From an uncultured Anaerolineales bacterium (lineage in GTDB: Bacteria; Chloroflexota; Anaerolineae; CAZYHC01), in NCBI GenBank assembly GCA_964646625.1, contig CAZYHC010000009.1, forward strand, positions 48,958 through 112,957: a stretch of DNA of 64,000 nucleotides. Direction: 5' to 3'. The notes beneath the pieces are model-generated. The model was given only the letters and a program-made list of their open reading frames with translations. It was not told the DNA's origin and made no database searches. Position numbers and translations under genes: made by a program. The first letter of the stretch is position 1. The number at the start of each line of letters is the position of its first letter. Below are positions 43,793 through 53,121 of the stretch, piece after piece.

Positions 43793-44425
43793 TTATCCTA
43801 AAAGTTCTTTGACCAGATCGACGGCGCTGGCCGCATCCGGGGCATAGCCATCGGCCCCAATCTCCCGGGCGTAGCGTTCGGTTACGGGCGCCCCGCCGAC
43901 GATGACTTTGATCTGGTCGCGCAAGCCCGCTTCCTGGACGGCTTCGATGGTCTTTTGCATGGCGGGCATGGTGGTGGTCAATAGAGCGGACATGCCCACC
44001 AGTTGGGGCTTATGCTCCTTGACGGCCTGGACGAAGGCGTCGGGTTGAACGTCCGTGCCCATGTCCACCACGGCCAGGCCCGCCCCTTCCATCATCATGC
44101 TCACCAGGTTCTTGCCGATGTCGTGGAGGTCGCCCTGGACGGTGCCCAGCACTATCGTGCCCAGGGGTTCCAGGTCGCTCTCCGTGAGCAGGGGTTTGAG
44201 CACGTCCATGCCGGCGTGCATGGCGCGGGCGGCGATGAGCACTTCGGGCACGTAGAATTCATTGGCTTTGAAGCGTCGTCCCACCTCCGCCATGCCCACG
44301 ATGAGAGCCTGCTGGATGATGGTCTGGGGGCCTGTGCCTGCGGCCAGAGCCTCTTGGGTGAGCTTTTTCACCTCTGGGGCATTGCCTGTGATAAGCGCCT
44401 CCGTTATCTTGTTTAAATCGGCCAT
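43793..44425 (-). CDS. Corrinoid (cobalamin-binding) protein, MtaC/MtbC-like
   Basis: N-terminal helical cap, then GDLHDIGKNLV (DxHxxG), GMSALLTTT (SxL) and VIVGGAPV. Confidence 0.85.
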   Translation of the reverse strand: MADLNKITEALITGNAPEVKKLTQEALAAGTGPQTIIQQALIVGMAEVGRRFKANEFYVPEVLIAARAMHAGMDVLKPLLTESDLEPLGTIVLGTVQGDLHDIGKNLVSMMMEGAGLAVVDMGTDVQPDAFVQAVKEHKPQLVGMSALLTTTMPAMQKTIEAVQEAGLRDQIKVIVGGAPVTERYAREIGADGYAPDAASAVDLVKELLG

Positions 44426-44473
44426 GAGAACCTCCTCCTTCAGAGTTGATTTAAAAGCAGAAAGACGAAAGGG

Positions 44474-44502
44474 ATTATAATTTGTAGCTCCCGTTTTGTC
44501 AA
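44474..44502 (-). promoter_or_regulatory. Perfect sigma-70 consensus promoter for the corrinoid gene
   Basis: Minus strand: TTGACA (44502-44497), a 17-nt spacer, then TATAAT (44479-44474). Confidence 0.65.
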
Positions 44503-44517
44503 GTTTGAGTGAGGTGT

Positions 44518-45777
44518 TCAGATGTCGGCTTGCGCCTGGCTCTCCCGCTCCAGGCGGCGCTGAGCGCGCTTGTCTGGCAGCAGCGGGATGAAGAACAGGC
44601 CCAACAGGGGGACGATCGCGCTGGCGGTGAAGGCCAGGCGCAGCCCGAAAAGATCGCCCAACGCCCCCAGCGCCACCACCGCCCCCGAGCGGATGATAAA
44701 GTTCAGGGACATGTAAACGCCGTTAGCCATCGCCCGGTTCTCAGGAACGCTCTCCTGCACCAGGGCCATGGTGACCGGGCCGACGGACAGCAAAGTAAAA
44801 CCCAGCGCCAGCAAGACGGGAAACTGAACCCAGCCCTGAACCGCCATAAATACGAACATGAAGAGCGGCGTGCTCAGCATGGAGATAAAGAGAACCACCC
44901 GGCGGCCCAGCCGGTCGCTCATCGAGCCGCCCACCAATGCGCCCACCATCCCCGCCACTTCCAACACTGAGAGGGAGACGCCAGCAAGCCAGAGATCAGC
45001 GCCTTCTTCGCTCATGAAGGTGGGCAGATAGATGGTCAGGGCCGCCGACATGAAAGAGCGGGCGGCCGTAATGCCCACCAGCGGGGCAATAAGCGGCCCC
45101 ATTTTCCGCAACGCCTGCCGCCAGGGGACGGCTTGATGGGCGTTGGGCGGCCGGCCCGGCACGTCTCTGAGCCGTATGTAGAGGAGGGCTGAGATCAACA
45201 GGCCGGCGATCATCAGCCAGGGCGTGCCCTCCAGGCCCAGGAGCTTGACGGTGCTGACGACCACGATCGGCCCCAGGACGCGGCCCAACTCGCCGCCGAC
45301 CATCCAAAGGCCCATGCCCCGGCCCAGACTCCGCCCCGACAGGTTGCCGGCTATCACCGGCACCACGGCGTGAAACCCGGCTGAACTGACGCCGGTCGCC
45401 ATCAGGAACAGGGCCAGCACAGCGTAGCTCGGCGCCACCCCCAGCAAGCTCATCATCACAGCAGTTACTACGGGCCCCAGGATGACAAAGTAGCGCAGGT
45501 TAACGCGGTCGCCCAGGTGGCCGAAGAAAGGCTGTAAGAGCGATGGCCCCTGCATGAAAACGGTCAGCAGCCCGGCCTCGGTCTTGGATAAAGACAGATT
45601 CTCGATGAAGACGGGCAGGAGTGGGGCCAGGAAAGCGGCGTAGGTATCGTGCACCGCGTGCCCGGCGGCCACAGTGAGCACGCGGCTCGTTTGGAATCGT
45701 CCAGTTTCGGCGGCCTGAGCCGCAGACATAGCCTGGACTTTCGAGGTGCTGTTAATGTGTTCGCTCATAGTGGGCAT
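44518..45777 (-). CDS. MFS transporter
   Basis: 12 hydrophobic segments and a GHLGDRVNLR loop 2-3 motif. Confidence 0.85.
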   Translation of the reverse strand: MPTMSEHINSTSKVQAMSAAQAAETGRFQTSRVLTVAAGHAVHDTYAAFLAPLLPVFIENLSLSKTEAGLLTVFMQGPSLLQPFFGHLGDRVNLRYFVILGPVVTAVMMSLLGVAPSYAVLALFLMATGVSSAGFHAVVPVIAGNLSGRSLGRGMGLWMVGGELGRVLGPIVVVSTVKLLGLEGTPWLMIAGLLISALLYIRLRDVPGRPPNAHQAVPWRQALRKMGPLIAPLVGITAARSFMSAALTIYLPTFMSEEGADLWLAGVSLSVLEVAGMVGALVGGSMSDRLGRRVVLFISMLSTPLFMFVFMAVQGWVQFPVLLALGFTLLSVGPVTMALVQESVPENRAMANGVYMSLNFIIRSGAVVALGALGDLFGLRLAFTASAIVPLLGLFFIPLLPDKRAQRRLERESQAQADI

Positions 45778-45814
45778 GATGACCTCTCGTGTAGTGGTCT
45801 GACGGGCTCCGATT

Positions 45815-47491
45815 TCACCGAATAGCGAAGCGACCGCCAGCTATCAATCCTCCTTCCACGTAATACTCTACTTCATACTGGCCGGGGTCGAAGCCGGGCC
45901 CGTCGGGGAAGGGGTATAGCAAAGTATCCTGAAGGACGCCGGCTGTTGATTCGTTCCAGGTCGTCACCCGGCTCAGCATCGAGGAGAGCCTGCCGTTCAC
46001 CTGCACCTGTCGTACCACCTGGTATCCTGCCTCCATGCCCTGGTAGTCCACGGTGATGGTTATGGAGCGGGTGCCGATGGGGAAAGCCTCGGCGCCTTCC
46101 AGCTTCCCCCGATCGCTGCTGAAATCCAGGGGGCCGAAGGCCGCGCCGCCGGGTTTTACGGCCGCGGTCCCCCGGTACTCCAGAGATACGGCCACCCCTT
46201 TAAGCCACTTTAATATCTGCTGCGCCTGCTGTTGGACTTCCGCGCCGTGGTCTACGTGTTCAGGGTCAGGCGCCCCCGGCACGTCCTCTTCGCCAGCCAG
46301 CACGGCCAGGAGACGATCCAGATCCTTGATGGCTTCCCAGAGGTAGAAACGCCTCACCGGCGGGGGCACGCGCTTCTGGTCGGCGGCCAGGGTCACCCCG
46401 CGGTCATACCAGGTTTGGGCTTCCTCGGCCCGGCCAGCGGCCAGCAGGGCCAGGCCCATGTTCAGGGGCACGATGAACAGGTCAGGGTCAGCGGCCAACG
46501 CCTGCTGGTCTGCTTCCAGGGCCTTTGGGTAATCTCCCAGCAGATAATAAGCCCAGCCCAGGTCCCAGTACACCCGGGCGTCGCGCCGCTCCAGGCCGAT
46601 GGCGCTCAGATAGTCGGGAATGCTCTCGGCGTGCAGGCCCATTCGGGAGCGGCTGTAGGCGCGTCGATAGTAAGCGGCGGCGTAGTCGGGGGCCAGGGCG
46701 ACGGCCTGGTCAAACAAGGGGACCGACTCGCTGTAGGCCCTGGTATACTGGAGGCCCACCCCCTGGGCGTAAGCCCACATTGCCACCCGAGGACGCGCGG
46801 GCATCGCGGTGGTGGCGGTGGTGGTCGTCCATAGCCCTCCAACCAAAGCGGTCAGGATGCTGGCCGCGGCCAGCAGATAGCGCAGACGAGCACCGATGGA
46901 AGTGGTCAGCCCACAGAAAAGCAAGGATATCGCCAGCAGGGTCAGGATCGTCACGTAGATATTGGCCTTGTTAGCCCAGGCCGACGACTGCTCAAGGCGA
47001 AGGGTGCTTTCTTCGGTCAACAGCGTGGTGGTGATGACCTCCGTATCGGCCTCGTACTGGCTCAGGTCAGGTTGATAAGCGTAAGGGGGATTCAGCAGCC
47101 GACTGAGGGGGGCCAGGGCATCACGTACCTGCCCGGCCCGTGCCGCCGTGCGCCCGACAGCCGAGGCCTGGGGATTATCGGCGGCGAACATCTCCAAACT
47201 GTACTGCCGCCAATCCCATTCGTTAAACAGCTCGAAGATGGCGGTATCGTAGCTTTTGGCCTGGTGGGCGGTGACCTGGTGGCCGATGGCCTGGATAGCG
47301 TAATACTGGCTATCGCGCAGGGTCTCCTGAGACCGCTGGGAAGCTTCTACCTGAAGCAGGGCCACCAGGGCCGTCAGGGCGGTGACCAGAGCCGCCAGCA
47401 AAGCCATCAGTTTCGGGAAGTAGGGCTCGATGAAGGTGTGAAGCCAGGTCGGTGGGGTGCGTTCGGGCGCTTCGGCAGGGCTGGAATTCAC
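45815..47491 (-). CDS. Membrane-anchored TPR repeat protein with C-terminal beta-rich domain
   Basis: Its N-terminal TM-helical-TM module is paralogous to the upstream gene product. TPR motifs follow (AYYRRAYS, WDLGWAYYLLGDY). A GTG 47491 start gives GTGA overlap with the upstream stop. Confidence 0.6.
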   Translation of the reverse strand: MNSSPAEAPERTPPTWLHTFIEPYFPKLMALLAALVTALTALVALLQVEASQRSQETLRDSQYYAIQAIGHQVTAHQAKSYDTAIFELFNEWDWRQYSLEMFAADNPQASAVGRTAARAGQVRDALAPLSRLLNPPYAYQPDLSQYEADTEVITTTLLTEESTLRLEQSSAWANKANIYVTILTLLAISLLFCGLTTSIGARLRYLLAAASILTALVGGLWTTTTATTAMPARPRVAMWAYAQGVGLQYTRAYSESVPLFDQAVALAPDYAAAYYRRAYSRSRMGLHAESIPDYLSAIGLERRDARVYWDLGWAYYLLGDYPKALEADQQALAADPDLFIVPLNMGLALLAAGRAEEAQTWYDRGVTLAADQKRVPPPVRRFYLWEAIKDLDRLLAVLAGEEDVPGAPDPEHVDHGAEVQQQAQQILKWLKGVAVSLEYRGTAAVKPGGAAFGPLDFSSDRGKLEGAEAFPIGTRSITITVDYQGMEAGYQVVRQVQVNGRLSSMLSRVTTWNESTAGVLQDTLLYPFPDGPGFDPGQYEVEYYVEGGLIAGGRFAIR

Positions 47492-48177
47492 AGGCTCATC
47501 TCCACGACCACGCCGGCCACGACCACCGCCATCAGCACCAGGCTGGAAAGCGCCACCAGAACCCACCGCCCGGCCGGGCGGGATACTATCTGGGACAGGG
47601 TGTACCCCACCAGGCTTATCCCCAGGATGGCCGTCAGGCCCAGCAGACGGCGTGTCTTCTGGCGGTAGGCCGCGGCGGTGGCAAAATGGGGGGCCGGGTT
47701 GACATCCTGCTTTTTCGATTCCTCGGCCAGACGTTCTTCGAGCTCCCGTGCGGCGTCGTAGCTGCCGTCGGCCCGCAGATAGGCCGAGGGCAACGCCATC
47801 CGTAGACTGGCCGCCAGATCACTGGAGAGACGGCTTTCACTCTCAAGGGCTAAAGCTTCCACCCCGTGGGAATCGATTTGAGCCAGGTCATTCTCCAACA
47901 GGGTCAGGTTTCGGGCGTGCAGGGTATAAGCCGCGTAACGGCGCAGGTCGCGGTAAAAGACGTCGTGGGCTCGCACGGTGGCCTGTTGCATCCCGATAGC
48001 GGCTATCAAGCTGCTGGCATCGGCGTCACCGGCCTGGTCGTCGGCCACCGAAGCGCGCCAGATCAACGCCGCCCCGATAATGACCACCAGGGCGATAAGC
48101 CCAATGATGATTTCCTGAAAGTAATGGGGGGCTTCTTCTGTCTGGGAAAGGGCCTCAATGCTTTCCATGTTTGCCAC
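47488..48177 (-). CDS. Hypothetical membrane protein (TM, helical domain, TM hairpin)
   Basis: Hydrophobic segments IIIGLIALVVIIGAALIW and two at the C-terminus. AIGMQQATVRAH resembles AIGHQVTAHQA in the downstream paralogue. Confidence 0.5.
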   Translation of the reverse strand: MANMESIEALSQTEEAPHYFQEIIIGLIALVVIIGAALIWRASVADDQAGDADASSLIAAIGMQQATVRAHDVFYRDLRRYAAYTLHARNLTLLENDLAQIDSHGVEALALESESRLSSDLAASLRMALPSAYLRADGSYDAARELEERLAEESKKQDVNPAPHFATAAAYRQKTRRLLGLTAILGISLVGYTLSQIVSRPAGRWVLVALSSLVLMAVVVAGVVVEMSL

Positions 48178-48219
48178 TCCTTTTAGCTGCGTTCATCGGT
48201 GTTCATGGGCGGTGGTCCT

Positions 48220-50073
48220 TCATTCTGTGGCAGTGGGGGTAAACGTCGGCCGGGGCGGACGCATGGGCAGCGGCTCTGGGGTGGCCTCCTCGCCGCCGCC
48301 GCCCAGCCCCTCCGCCAGATAATGGCCGTTGCTCTCCAGGCAGGTTTGGAGGGCCCAGTAGTTGGGGCTATCCGAAGGGTACCAGCCGGTGTTCAACGTC
48401 TCCTGGCAGGCGTCCACCGTCGCGTCCAGCCAGCCCTGGCTGCGGTCGTTGTCGGGATGGTTCGCGTAGAAGACGGCGCGCAGGAAGTAGCCTTCGCCAT
48501 TTTGAGGCTCCAGGGCAAAGGCCTGGACCAGATCGGCCTCGGCCAGAGCGAAGGTCGCACGTTGATCTTTGACATCCGGCAACCTGCTCAGCAAGTACAG
48601 ATAGCTACGCCAGCGATAGAGGGCGGCCTGGCTGGGAGCCAACTCGAGGGCCTGACCGGCATCGGTCAGGGCCAGCCCGAAGTAGTTTGGATAATCGGGA
48701 CTGAATTGCCAGTAAGCCTGGCTGCGGCAACGGAGGCTCCAGGCCTGGCTGGGATCCAGTTCGTTGGCCCGGTCGCAATCGGCAAATCCCTCGTGAACGC
48801 GCCCGGCGGTGATCAGGGCCCAGCCTCGATAGGCCAGGGCCTCGGCGTCGTTGGGGTTCTGCTGAAGAACCTGGGTCAGTAACTCCGTCGCTTTCAGGTA
48901 ATCGCCGCGCGATTGCAGACCGGCGATCATAAACATAGGAGGCAAATACAGGCTTATTTTCCGCCAGCTTCGCCGCGCAAGATCGAGGGCCTCGGCTTTC
49001 ATCTCTGCCGGGGGGCGTCCTTCAAACTGGGCCAGCCAGGCCAGCGGAGCCTCGAAAACGTAAATGTCGCCCGTATCATTGGCGTCAACCACCCCATCGC
49101 CATTGGTGTCCTGCCGGCGGGTGAAAGCCAGCCGACTGTCATCGGGAGACCAGGCGGGCACGGTGTCGTAAGGGCCGTCGGTCAGCCTGACCTGTCCCGT
49201 GCCGTCGGCGTTCATGACGTGGATCTGCCGGGTCCCGTCTTGCTTCAGGCTGAAGGCGATCTTCCAGCCGCTGGCGGACCAGGTCGGCTGCACCTCGTCG
49301 GTGGTGTCGTCGGCGGTCAGGCGAACCAGGTCTTGGGTCTCAACATCTATGATGTACAGGTCGTAGCTGCCGCCTCGATTCGAGGTGAAGGCCAGCTTTT
49401 TCCCATCCGGCGACCAGGTAGGGTTGAAGTCGTGGGCCGGGTCGTTGGTCAGCCTGGCGATTTCCGAGCCGTCATACCGCGCCACGTAGATCTCCCAGTT
49501 GCCATCCCGGTTGGAATGAAAGGCGAGGTGCGACCAGTCCGGTGACCAGGTGGGGTAGCCGTTATCGCCCGCGCTGCCGGGCAGCATGGCCTGGTTGCTG
49601 CCATCGCTATTCATGGTATATAGTTTATCTGTGCCGTCTCCTTGCCGGTCGGAATGGAAAGCCATATACCAATCACCGGGGCTCCAGGTTGGAGCGCCGT
49701 TGTTGAAGGTATCGTTTGTCAACTGCCCAAGGTTGCCCCCCTCCGCGTCCATGACGTAGATGTCGAAGTCGCCATCGCGGTTGGAGGTGAAAGCGATCCT
49801 TTTCCCGTCGGAAGACCAGGCCGCTTCGCTGTCCTGGGCGGGGTCGCTGGTCAGCCTGGTCACCGAGCCCGGGGGTGGAGGCGGGGTAGAGTAGGGGCCT
49901 GGCCTCAAATGGTCCACCCGGCCGGGAGGGGCGGCCCGGACCACGCTGTGGGGCGCAGCCACATCCAGGGCAAAGGCAGTATCGGGGGCGTGCACTCCTG
50001 CTCGGGGCAGAGCAACTCCCAGGACAAGTGGGATCGAGACTATTATAAGCAATGTAACGGTTCTTTGTTTCAC
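48220..50073 (-). CDS. Secreted/anchored TolB-like PD40 beta-propeller plus TPR protein
   Basis: Repeated WSxDGxxIAFxSNRDGxxxIY units, a DTNGDGVVDANDTGD Ca-loop-like motif and a TPR C-terminus. GTG 50073 was chosen because AGGAGG lies 7 nt upstream and the longer start falls inside the promoter -10 box. Confidence 0.75.
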   Translation of the reverse strand: MKQRTVTLLIIVSIPLVLGVALPRAGVHAPDTAFALDVAAPHSVVRAAPPGRVDHLRPGPYSTPPPPPGSVTRLTSDPAQDSEAAWSSDGKRIAFTSNRDGDFDIYVMDAEGGNLGQLTNDTFNNGAPTWSPGDWYMAFHSDRQGDGTDKLYTMNSDGSNQAMLPGSAGDNGYPTWSPDWSHLAFHSNRDGNWEIYVARYDGSEIARLTNDPAHDFNPTWSPDGKKLAFTSNRGGSYDLYIIDVETQDLVRLTADDTTDEVQPTWSASGWKIAFSLKQDGTRQIHVMNADGTGQVRLTDGPYDTVPAWSPDDSRLAFTRRQDTNGDGVVDANDTGDIYVFEAPLAWLAQFEGRPPAEMKAEALDLARRSWRKISLYLPPMFMIAGLQSRGDYLKATELLTQVLQQNPNDAEALAYRGWALITAGRVHEGFADCDRANELDPSQAWSLRCRSQAYWQFSPDYPNYFGLALTDAGQALELAPSQAALYRWRSYLYLLSRLPDVKDQRATFALAEADLVQAFALEPQNGEGYFLRAVFYANHPDNDRSQGWLDATVDACQETLNTGWYPSDSPNYWALQTCLESNGHYLAEGLGGGGEEATPEPLPMRPPRPTFTPTATE

Positions 50074-50137
50074 AATACAGCCTCCTGTGTAATACGGCAG
50101 GTTTTGGGAAGATAAAGGAGTCCTTGAATTTGCCCTC

Positions 50138-50167
50138 ATTATACCACATTTCTCTGCCCCCTAGCAA
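50138..50167 (-). promoter_or_regulatory. Extended -10 promoter for the PD40/TPR cluster
   Basis: Minus strand: TTGCTA, an 18-nt spacer, then TGGTATAAT. Confidence 0.45.
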
Positions 50168-50210
50168 CTTTCTGCGCAGGAGAGTTTTGCAATGCCCTCA
50201 ATACGAGTGT

Positions 50211-50239
50211 TTGACATTATCGCTGACTTAGACTAAAAT
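50211..50239 (+). promoter_or_regulatory. Sigma-70 promoter of alaS
   Basis: TTGACA (50211-50216), a 17-nt spacer, then TAAAAT (50234-50239). Confidence 0.55.
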
Positions 50240-50346
50240 GAAAAATAGTTAAAGAAAGTACTTCATTTACACTCTCCATAGGAGGTAGGAGGGCGGCTTT
50301 TCTCCCTGACTGGAGGTCGGGGGTTTGCGCCGCCGGAATTTGGTTT

Positions 50347-53070
50347 ATGAATAAGATGACCAGTGCGGAGATCAGGCAATCCTTTCTGGACTATTTTGCC
50401 CGCCAGGGTCACGCTGTAGTGGCCAGTTCCTCTTTAGTCCCTGCACAGGATCCCACTCTGCTTTTCACCAACGCTGGTATGGTGCAGTTCAAAGATGTCT
50501 TTCTGGGATTAGAACCCCGTGACTATCGGCGGGCAGTCACCTCTCAGAAATGTATGCGCGTCAGCGGCAAACACAACGATCTGGAAAATGTAGGCCCTTC
50601 GTCCCGCCATCACACCTTTTTCGAGATGTTGGGCAATTTCTCCTTCGGCGATTATTTCAAGCGCCAGGCTATCGGCTACGCCTGGGAGTTTCTGACCGAG
50701 GTGCTGGGTTTGCCGGCCGCACAACTGTACCCTACCATCTACCTGGAGGATGAAGAAGCCTTTGAACTCTGGCAGGAGGTGGCCGGGGTGGAAGCCTCAC
50801 GCATCACCCGGCTGGGCGAGAAGGACAACTTCTGGGCTATGGGCGATACGGGGCCCTGCGGGCCCTGCTCAGAAATTATCTACGATCGGGGGTTAGAGCA
50901 TTGTACCTGCGGCCAGCCGGATTGTAACCCGGCCTCGGAGTGCGAACGCTGGTGGGAGCTTTGGAACCTGGTGTTTATGCAATTTGAGCGCGATGCCGAA
51001 GGACGGATGACCCCCCTGACCAACCCGGGCATCGACACGGGCATGGGCATGGAACGGATCACCGCCGTCATACAAGGGGTGGACAGCAATTACCAGACCG
51101 ACCTTTTCCGGCCTATCATGCGGCGCACCCAGGAACTATTGGGGGACAGCGACGCCCAGAGGCGGGAAAAACAGATCCCCTACCGGGTCATCGCCGACCA
51201 CGGGCGGGCTATCACCTTTTTAATCGGGGATGGGGTGCGGCCGGGCAACAAGGGCCGTGACTACGTGCTACGCATGATCCTGCGGCGCGCCGTCCGTTTC
51301 GGGAAGAAGATCGGCTTCGAGCAACCCTTCCTGACCGAGATCGCCCGGGTGGTGATCGATAATATGGGCGATCACTACAACGACCTGCGGGCCAGACAGG
51401 ATTTCATCCTGTCCGAGATTGCTCAGGAAGAGGAACGTTTCCACCGCACCCTGGACCAGGGCCTCAACCTGTTGAGCGAACTGATGACCGACCTGACCGC
51501 CCGCGGCCAGCGGGTCATCCCCGGCGATAAAGCCTTTAAGCTGTACGACACCTACGGTTGTCCCCTCGATCTGACCAGGGACGTGGCCGCCGAAAACGGC
51601 TTCGGCCTCGACGAGGCGGGATACCAGACCGCTATGGAGGAGCACATCAAGGCCAGCGGCGGAGAGATATTCTCTTACGAAGAGAGCGAGGAGATGGAGT
51701 TCTACAGCCGCCTCCTGAGCGAGCTCAAGGAGAAAGGCTTGTTGTCCGGGGAAGGGGTCGAACACATCTACGACGAGACGGCCAGTGTGGATACCAACGT
51801 AATCGCCATTCTGCGCCAGGGCCAGGTCGTCTCCTCGGCCAGTGAGGAGGAAGAGGTGGAGCTGATCCTGCCCGTCACTCCTTTCTACGTGGAAAGTGGC
51901 GGTCAAATCAGCGATACGGGGCTGATCGCTTGTTGTCGCGACGAGGAGGGCGAAGAAGTCATCGATTGGGAGGTGATAGTGGAGGACACCCGTCTGCCTG
52001 TAGCGGGGCTGATCGTCCACGTTGGTCGGGTGATAACGGGCACAGTACACCAGAACGATCCGGCCTGGGCGGTGGTGGATTGGGAGCGACGATGGGATAT
52101 CGCCCGTAACCACACCGCCACCCACCTGTTGCACAGCGAACTACGTTACATCCTGGGCGAACACGTCCAGCAGGCCGGTTCGCTGGTGACCCCTGAGCGC
52201 CTGCGGTTCGACTTCACCCACTCCAGTATGCTCACCCAGGACGAATTGGAAGCCATCGAACGCTCGGTTAACGAGGCCATCCTGGCTAATTATCCCCTCG
52301 AAGCCATTGACACCGGCTACCATCAGGCGGTGGATGAGGGCGCCATCGCCCTGTTTGGGGAGAAATACGGCGACCGGGTGCGGGTCGTCAAAATTGGCTA
52401 TCCTGGTGAGCCTTTCAGCCAGGAGTTATGTGGGGGCACCCACGTGAACTGGACCTCTGATATCGGCCTCTTTCACATCGTCTCCGAGAGCAGTATTGGG
52501 GCCGGTCTGCGCCGCATCGAGGCCGTCACCGGCCGGGCGGCACAACAACTGGTGCAGAAACGGCTGGGTACGCTGGAATCGGCGGCCATCTTCCTCGGTT
52601 GTGCGCCAGATGAGGTGGATCGCAAAGTATTGACCCTGATGGACGAATTACAGGACCAACGCAAGGAGATCAGCCGCCTCCGGCGCGAAATCGCCCGCCA
52701 CGAGTTTGAAACCCTCTTGAAAAAAGCGCAGGACGTGCAGGGGATCAAAGTGCTGGCCGTTCAGGTGGTGACCGCCGAAAATATGGAGACTCTACGGGAG
52801 ATGAGCGATTGGTTCAGAGATAGACTGGGCTCAGGGGTGGTCGTGCTGGGAGCGGTGCTGGGCGCGAAACCCAATTTTGTGGCCGCTGTCACTCCTGACC
52901 TGGTGGAACGGGGCCTGCACGCCGGTAAACTGGTCAAGGCCGTGGCCCAGGTGGTGGGCGGGGGTGGGGGCGGCAAACCTACCCTGGCCCAGGCCGGCGG
53001 CCGCGACATCAGCCGCCTGGGCGAAGCCCTGTTAATGGTACCCAATCTGGTGGCCAAAAGTCTGGGGTAG
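50347..53070 (+). CDS. alaS: Alanine--tRNA ligase
   Basis: SAEIRQSFLDYFARQGH, FTNAGMVQFK, editing-domain HTATHLLH and a C-terminal GGGGGGKPTLAQAGG. The start could be 50347 or 50356. Confidence 0.95.
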   Translation: MNKMTSAEIRQSFLDYFARQGHAVVASSSLVPAQDPTLLFTNAGMVQFKDVFLGLEPRDYRRAVTSQKCMRVSGKHNDLENVGPSSRHHTFFEMLGNFSFGDYFKRQAIGYAWEFLTEVLGLPAAQLYPTIYLEDEEAFELWQEVAGVEASRITRLGEKDNFWAMGDTGPCGPCSEIIYDRGLEHCTCGQPDCNPASECERWWELWNLVFMQFERDAEGRMTPLTNPGIDTGMGMERITAVIQGVDSNYQTDLFRPIMRRTQELLGDSDAQRREKQIPYRVIADHGRAITFLIGDGVRPGNKGRDYVLRMILRRAVRFGKKIGFEQPFLTEIARVVIDNMGDHYNDLRARQDFILSEIAQEEERFHRTLDQGLNLLSELMTDLTARGQRVIPGDKAFKLYDTYGCPLDLTRDVAAENGFGLDEAGYQTAMEEHIKASGGEIFSYEESEEMEFYSRLLSELKEKGLLSGEGVEHIYDETASVDTNVIAILRQGQVVSSASEEEEVELILPVTPFYVESGGQISDTGLIACCRDEEGEEVIDWEVIVEDTRLPVAGLIVHVGRVITGTVHQNDPAWAVVDWERRWDIARNHTATHLLHSELRYILGEHVQQAGSLVTPERLRFDFTHSSMLTQDELEAIERSVNEAILANYPLEAIDTGYHQAVDEGAIALFGEKYGDRVRVVKIGYPGEPFSQELCGGTHVNWTSDIGLFHIVSESSIGAGLRRIEAVTGRAAQQLVQKRLGTLESAAIFLGCAPDEVDRKVLTLMDELQDQRKEISRLRREIARHEFETLLKKAQDVQGIKVLAVQVVTAENMETLREMSDWFRDRLGSGVVVLGAVLGAKPNFVAAVTPDLVERGLHAGKLVKAVAQVVGGGGGGKPTLAQAGGRDISRLGEALLMVPNLVAKSLG

Positions 53071-53100
53071 GGATTCGGGATTAGGGAATAGGGAGCGGGG
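53064..53100 (+). repeat. G-tract heptad microrepeat (G-quadruplex motif)
   Basis: GGGGtaGGGattcGGGattaGGGaataGGGagcGGGG gives six G3-4 runs with 2-4 nt loops. It spans the alaS stop codon. Confidence 0.7.
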
Positions 53101-53121
53101 AGTAGGAAAGAGGAAAAGAGT

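Noticed and set aside
50240-50346. T-box or other riboswitch in the alaS leader.
   Set aside because: I could not find a specifier-loop/T-box consensus (AATTAGGGTGGTACCGCG-like) or a terminator/antiterminator pair. Only weak hairpins are present.
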